Origin: Macrostomum lignano
Lineage: Eukaryota
Direction of reading: 5' to 3'
Length of the DNA stretch: 64,000 bases
Assembly (NCBI GenBank): GCA_002269645.1
Contig: NIVC01000077.1
Span: 62,001-126,000 of the forward strand
A program made the translations under genes and the position numbers. Of the stretch, positions 63,446 to 64,000 are shown in pieces (the stretch's first letter is position 1; each line of letters opens with the position of its first letter). Under the pieces are notes generated by a model, which did not search any database, was not told where the DNA came from, and saw only the letters and a list, made by a program, of their open reading frames with translations.

Positions 63446-63844
63446 TCAAGCGGCAGCAAAAGCCACAGCAGCGGCGCCAGCCCTGCCGCTGGGCAGTGTG
63501 GCCCCGCTGGACCACCTGGCGGTGGCAGGATCGTACAGGTCCACGCAGTCGCAGTGAGTGGTGCCGTCGTAACCACCGCAGACGACAAGCAAGCTGCCCA
63601 GAGCACCAACGGCGGCCGCCTCTCTTGGAGAGCTTAGCGAAGCCAGCAAAGTCCATTGGTCGGTGAGTGGGTCGTAGCGTTCCACGCAAGCGAATCGTTT
63701 AGCGCTGGGATTCGAACTCGGGGCGTCGTGACCACCTACTGCGTAGATGTGGTCACCTAGCGCGGAGACTCCGGCGCCACCGCGCCGTTTTAATAATGGC
63801 GCGCAGAGAGACCAGCGCTGGCTGTGAGGATTGAAGCTCTCAAC
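63446..63844 (-). CDS. KLHL5: Last exon of a Kelch-like gene (KLHL1/4/5 subfamily); upstream exons lie beyond the window
   Basis: Acceptor CCAATCCAG at 63845. The peptide VESFNPHSQRWSLCAPLLKRRGGAGV..IYAVGGHDAPSSN..VERYDPLTDQW..CGGYDG..YDP..W..GRAGAAAV* contains the GGHDAP motif typical of KLHL1/4/5. Confidence 0.8.
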   Translation of the reverse strand, partial: VESFNPHSQRWSLCAPLLKRRGGAGVSALGDHIYAVGGHDAPSSNPSAKRFACVERYDPLTDQWTLLASLSSPREAAAVGALGSLLVVCGGYDGTTHCDCVDLYDPATARWSSGATLPSGRAGAAAVAFAAA

Positions 63845-63874
63845 CTGGATTGGGAACAGTTTTGAATAGTTTCA

Positions 63875-64000
63875 GGCCGATTGTCTAGGATATAGAGGCG
63901 ATTTCTAGGATGTAAGTCGATTTCTAGGATGTTAAGGCGATTGTCTAGGATCTGTAAAGAGATTGTCTAAGATGTAGGGCGATTTTTAGGATGCAAAGGC
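63875..64000. repeat. Degenerate ~20-bp intronic repeat running off the window
   Basis: Core GGCGATT(G/T)TCTAGGAT. Confidence 0.75.

Noticed and set aside
63700-63725. GGATTCGAACTC tRNA-like motif
   Set aside because: It lies inside the Kelch coding exon.

Overview
Eukaryotic (animal) genomic DNA, not prokaryotic: GC-rich spliceosomal exons sit among AT-rich introns and spacers packed with about 30 unrelated tandem repeats. The overall style suggests a free-living flatworm such as Macrostomum (inference only). Exon-phase-consistent gene models built by hand: CCDC191-like (+, 2019-8842, 5 exons); TMEM86/YhhN lysoplasmalogenase-like (-, 10786-11502, intronless, about 6 frameshifts); SLC35F3/F4-like transporter (+, 29591-36182, one GC-AG intron, 5' end unresolved); Ly6/uPAR GPI-anchored three-finger protein (+, 37911-44607); intronless IFT27/RABL4 (-, 50563-51144); an unrecognised spliced gene (+, 52851-53816); a BCAR3/NSP-type CDC25-homology protein with no visible SH2 (-, 56200-58942); and the last exon of a KLHL1/4/5-like Kelch gene (-, 63446-63844). 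Non-coding landmarks are a 12.2 kb 51-bp satellite with higher-order structure, a ~680 bp foldback element just 3' of IFT27, a triplicated AG|GT splice junction, a 35-bp perfect hairpin with a possible transposon relic in CCDC191 intron 1, and a TCTA core shared by most minisatellites. No rRNA, convincing tRNA or CRISPR array was seen. Family assignments come from recalled protein motifs, not database searches. Repeat boundaries are approximate.
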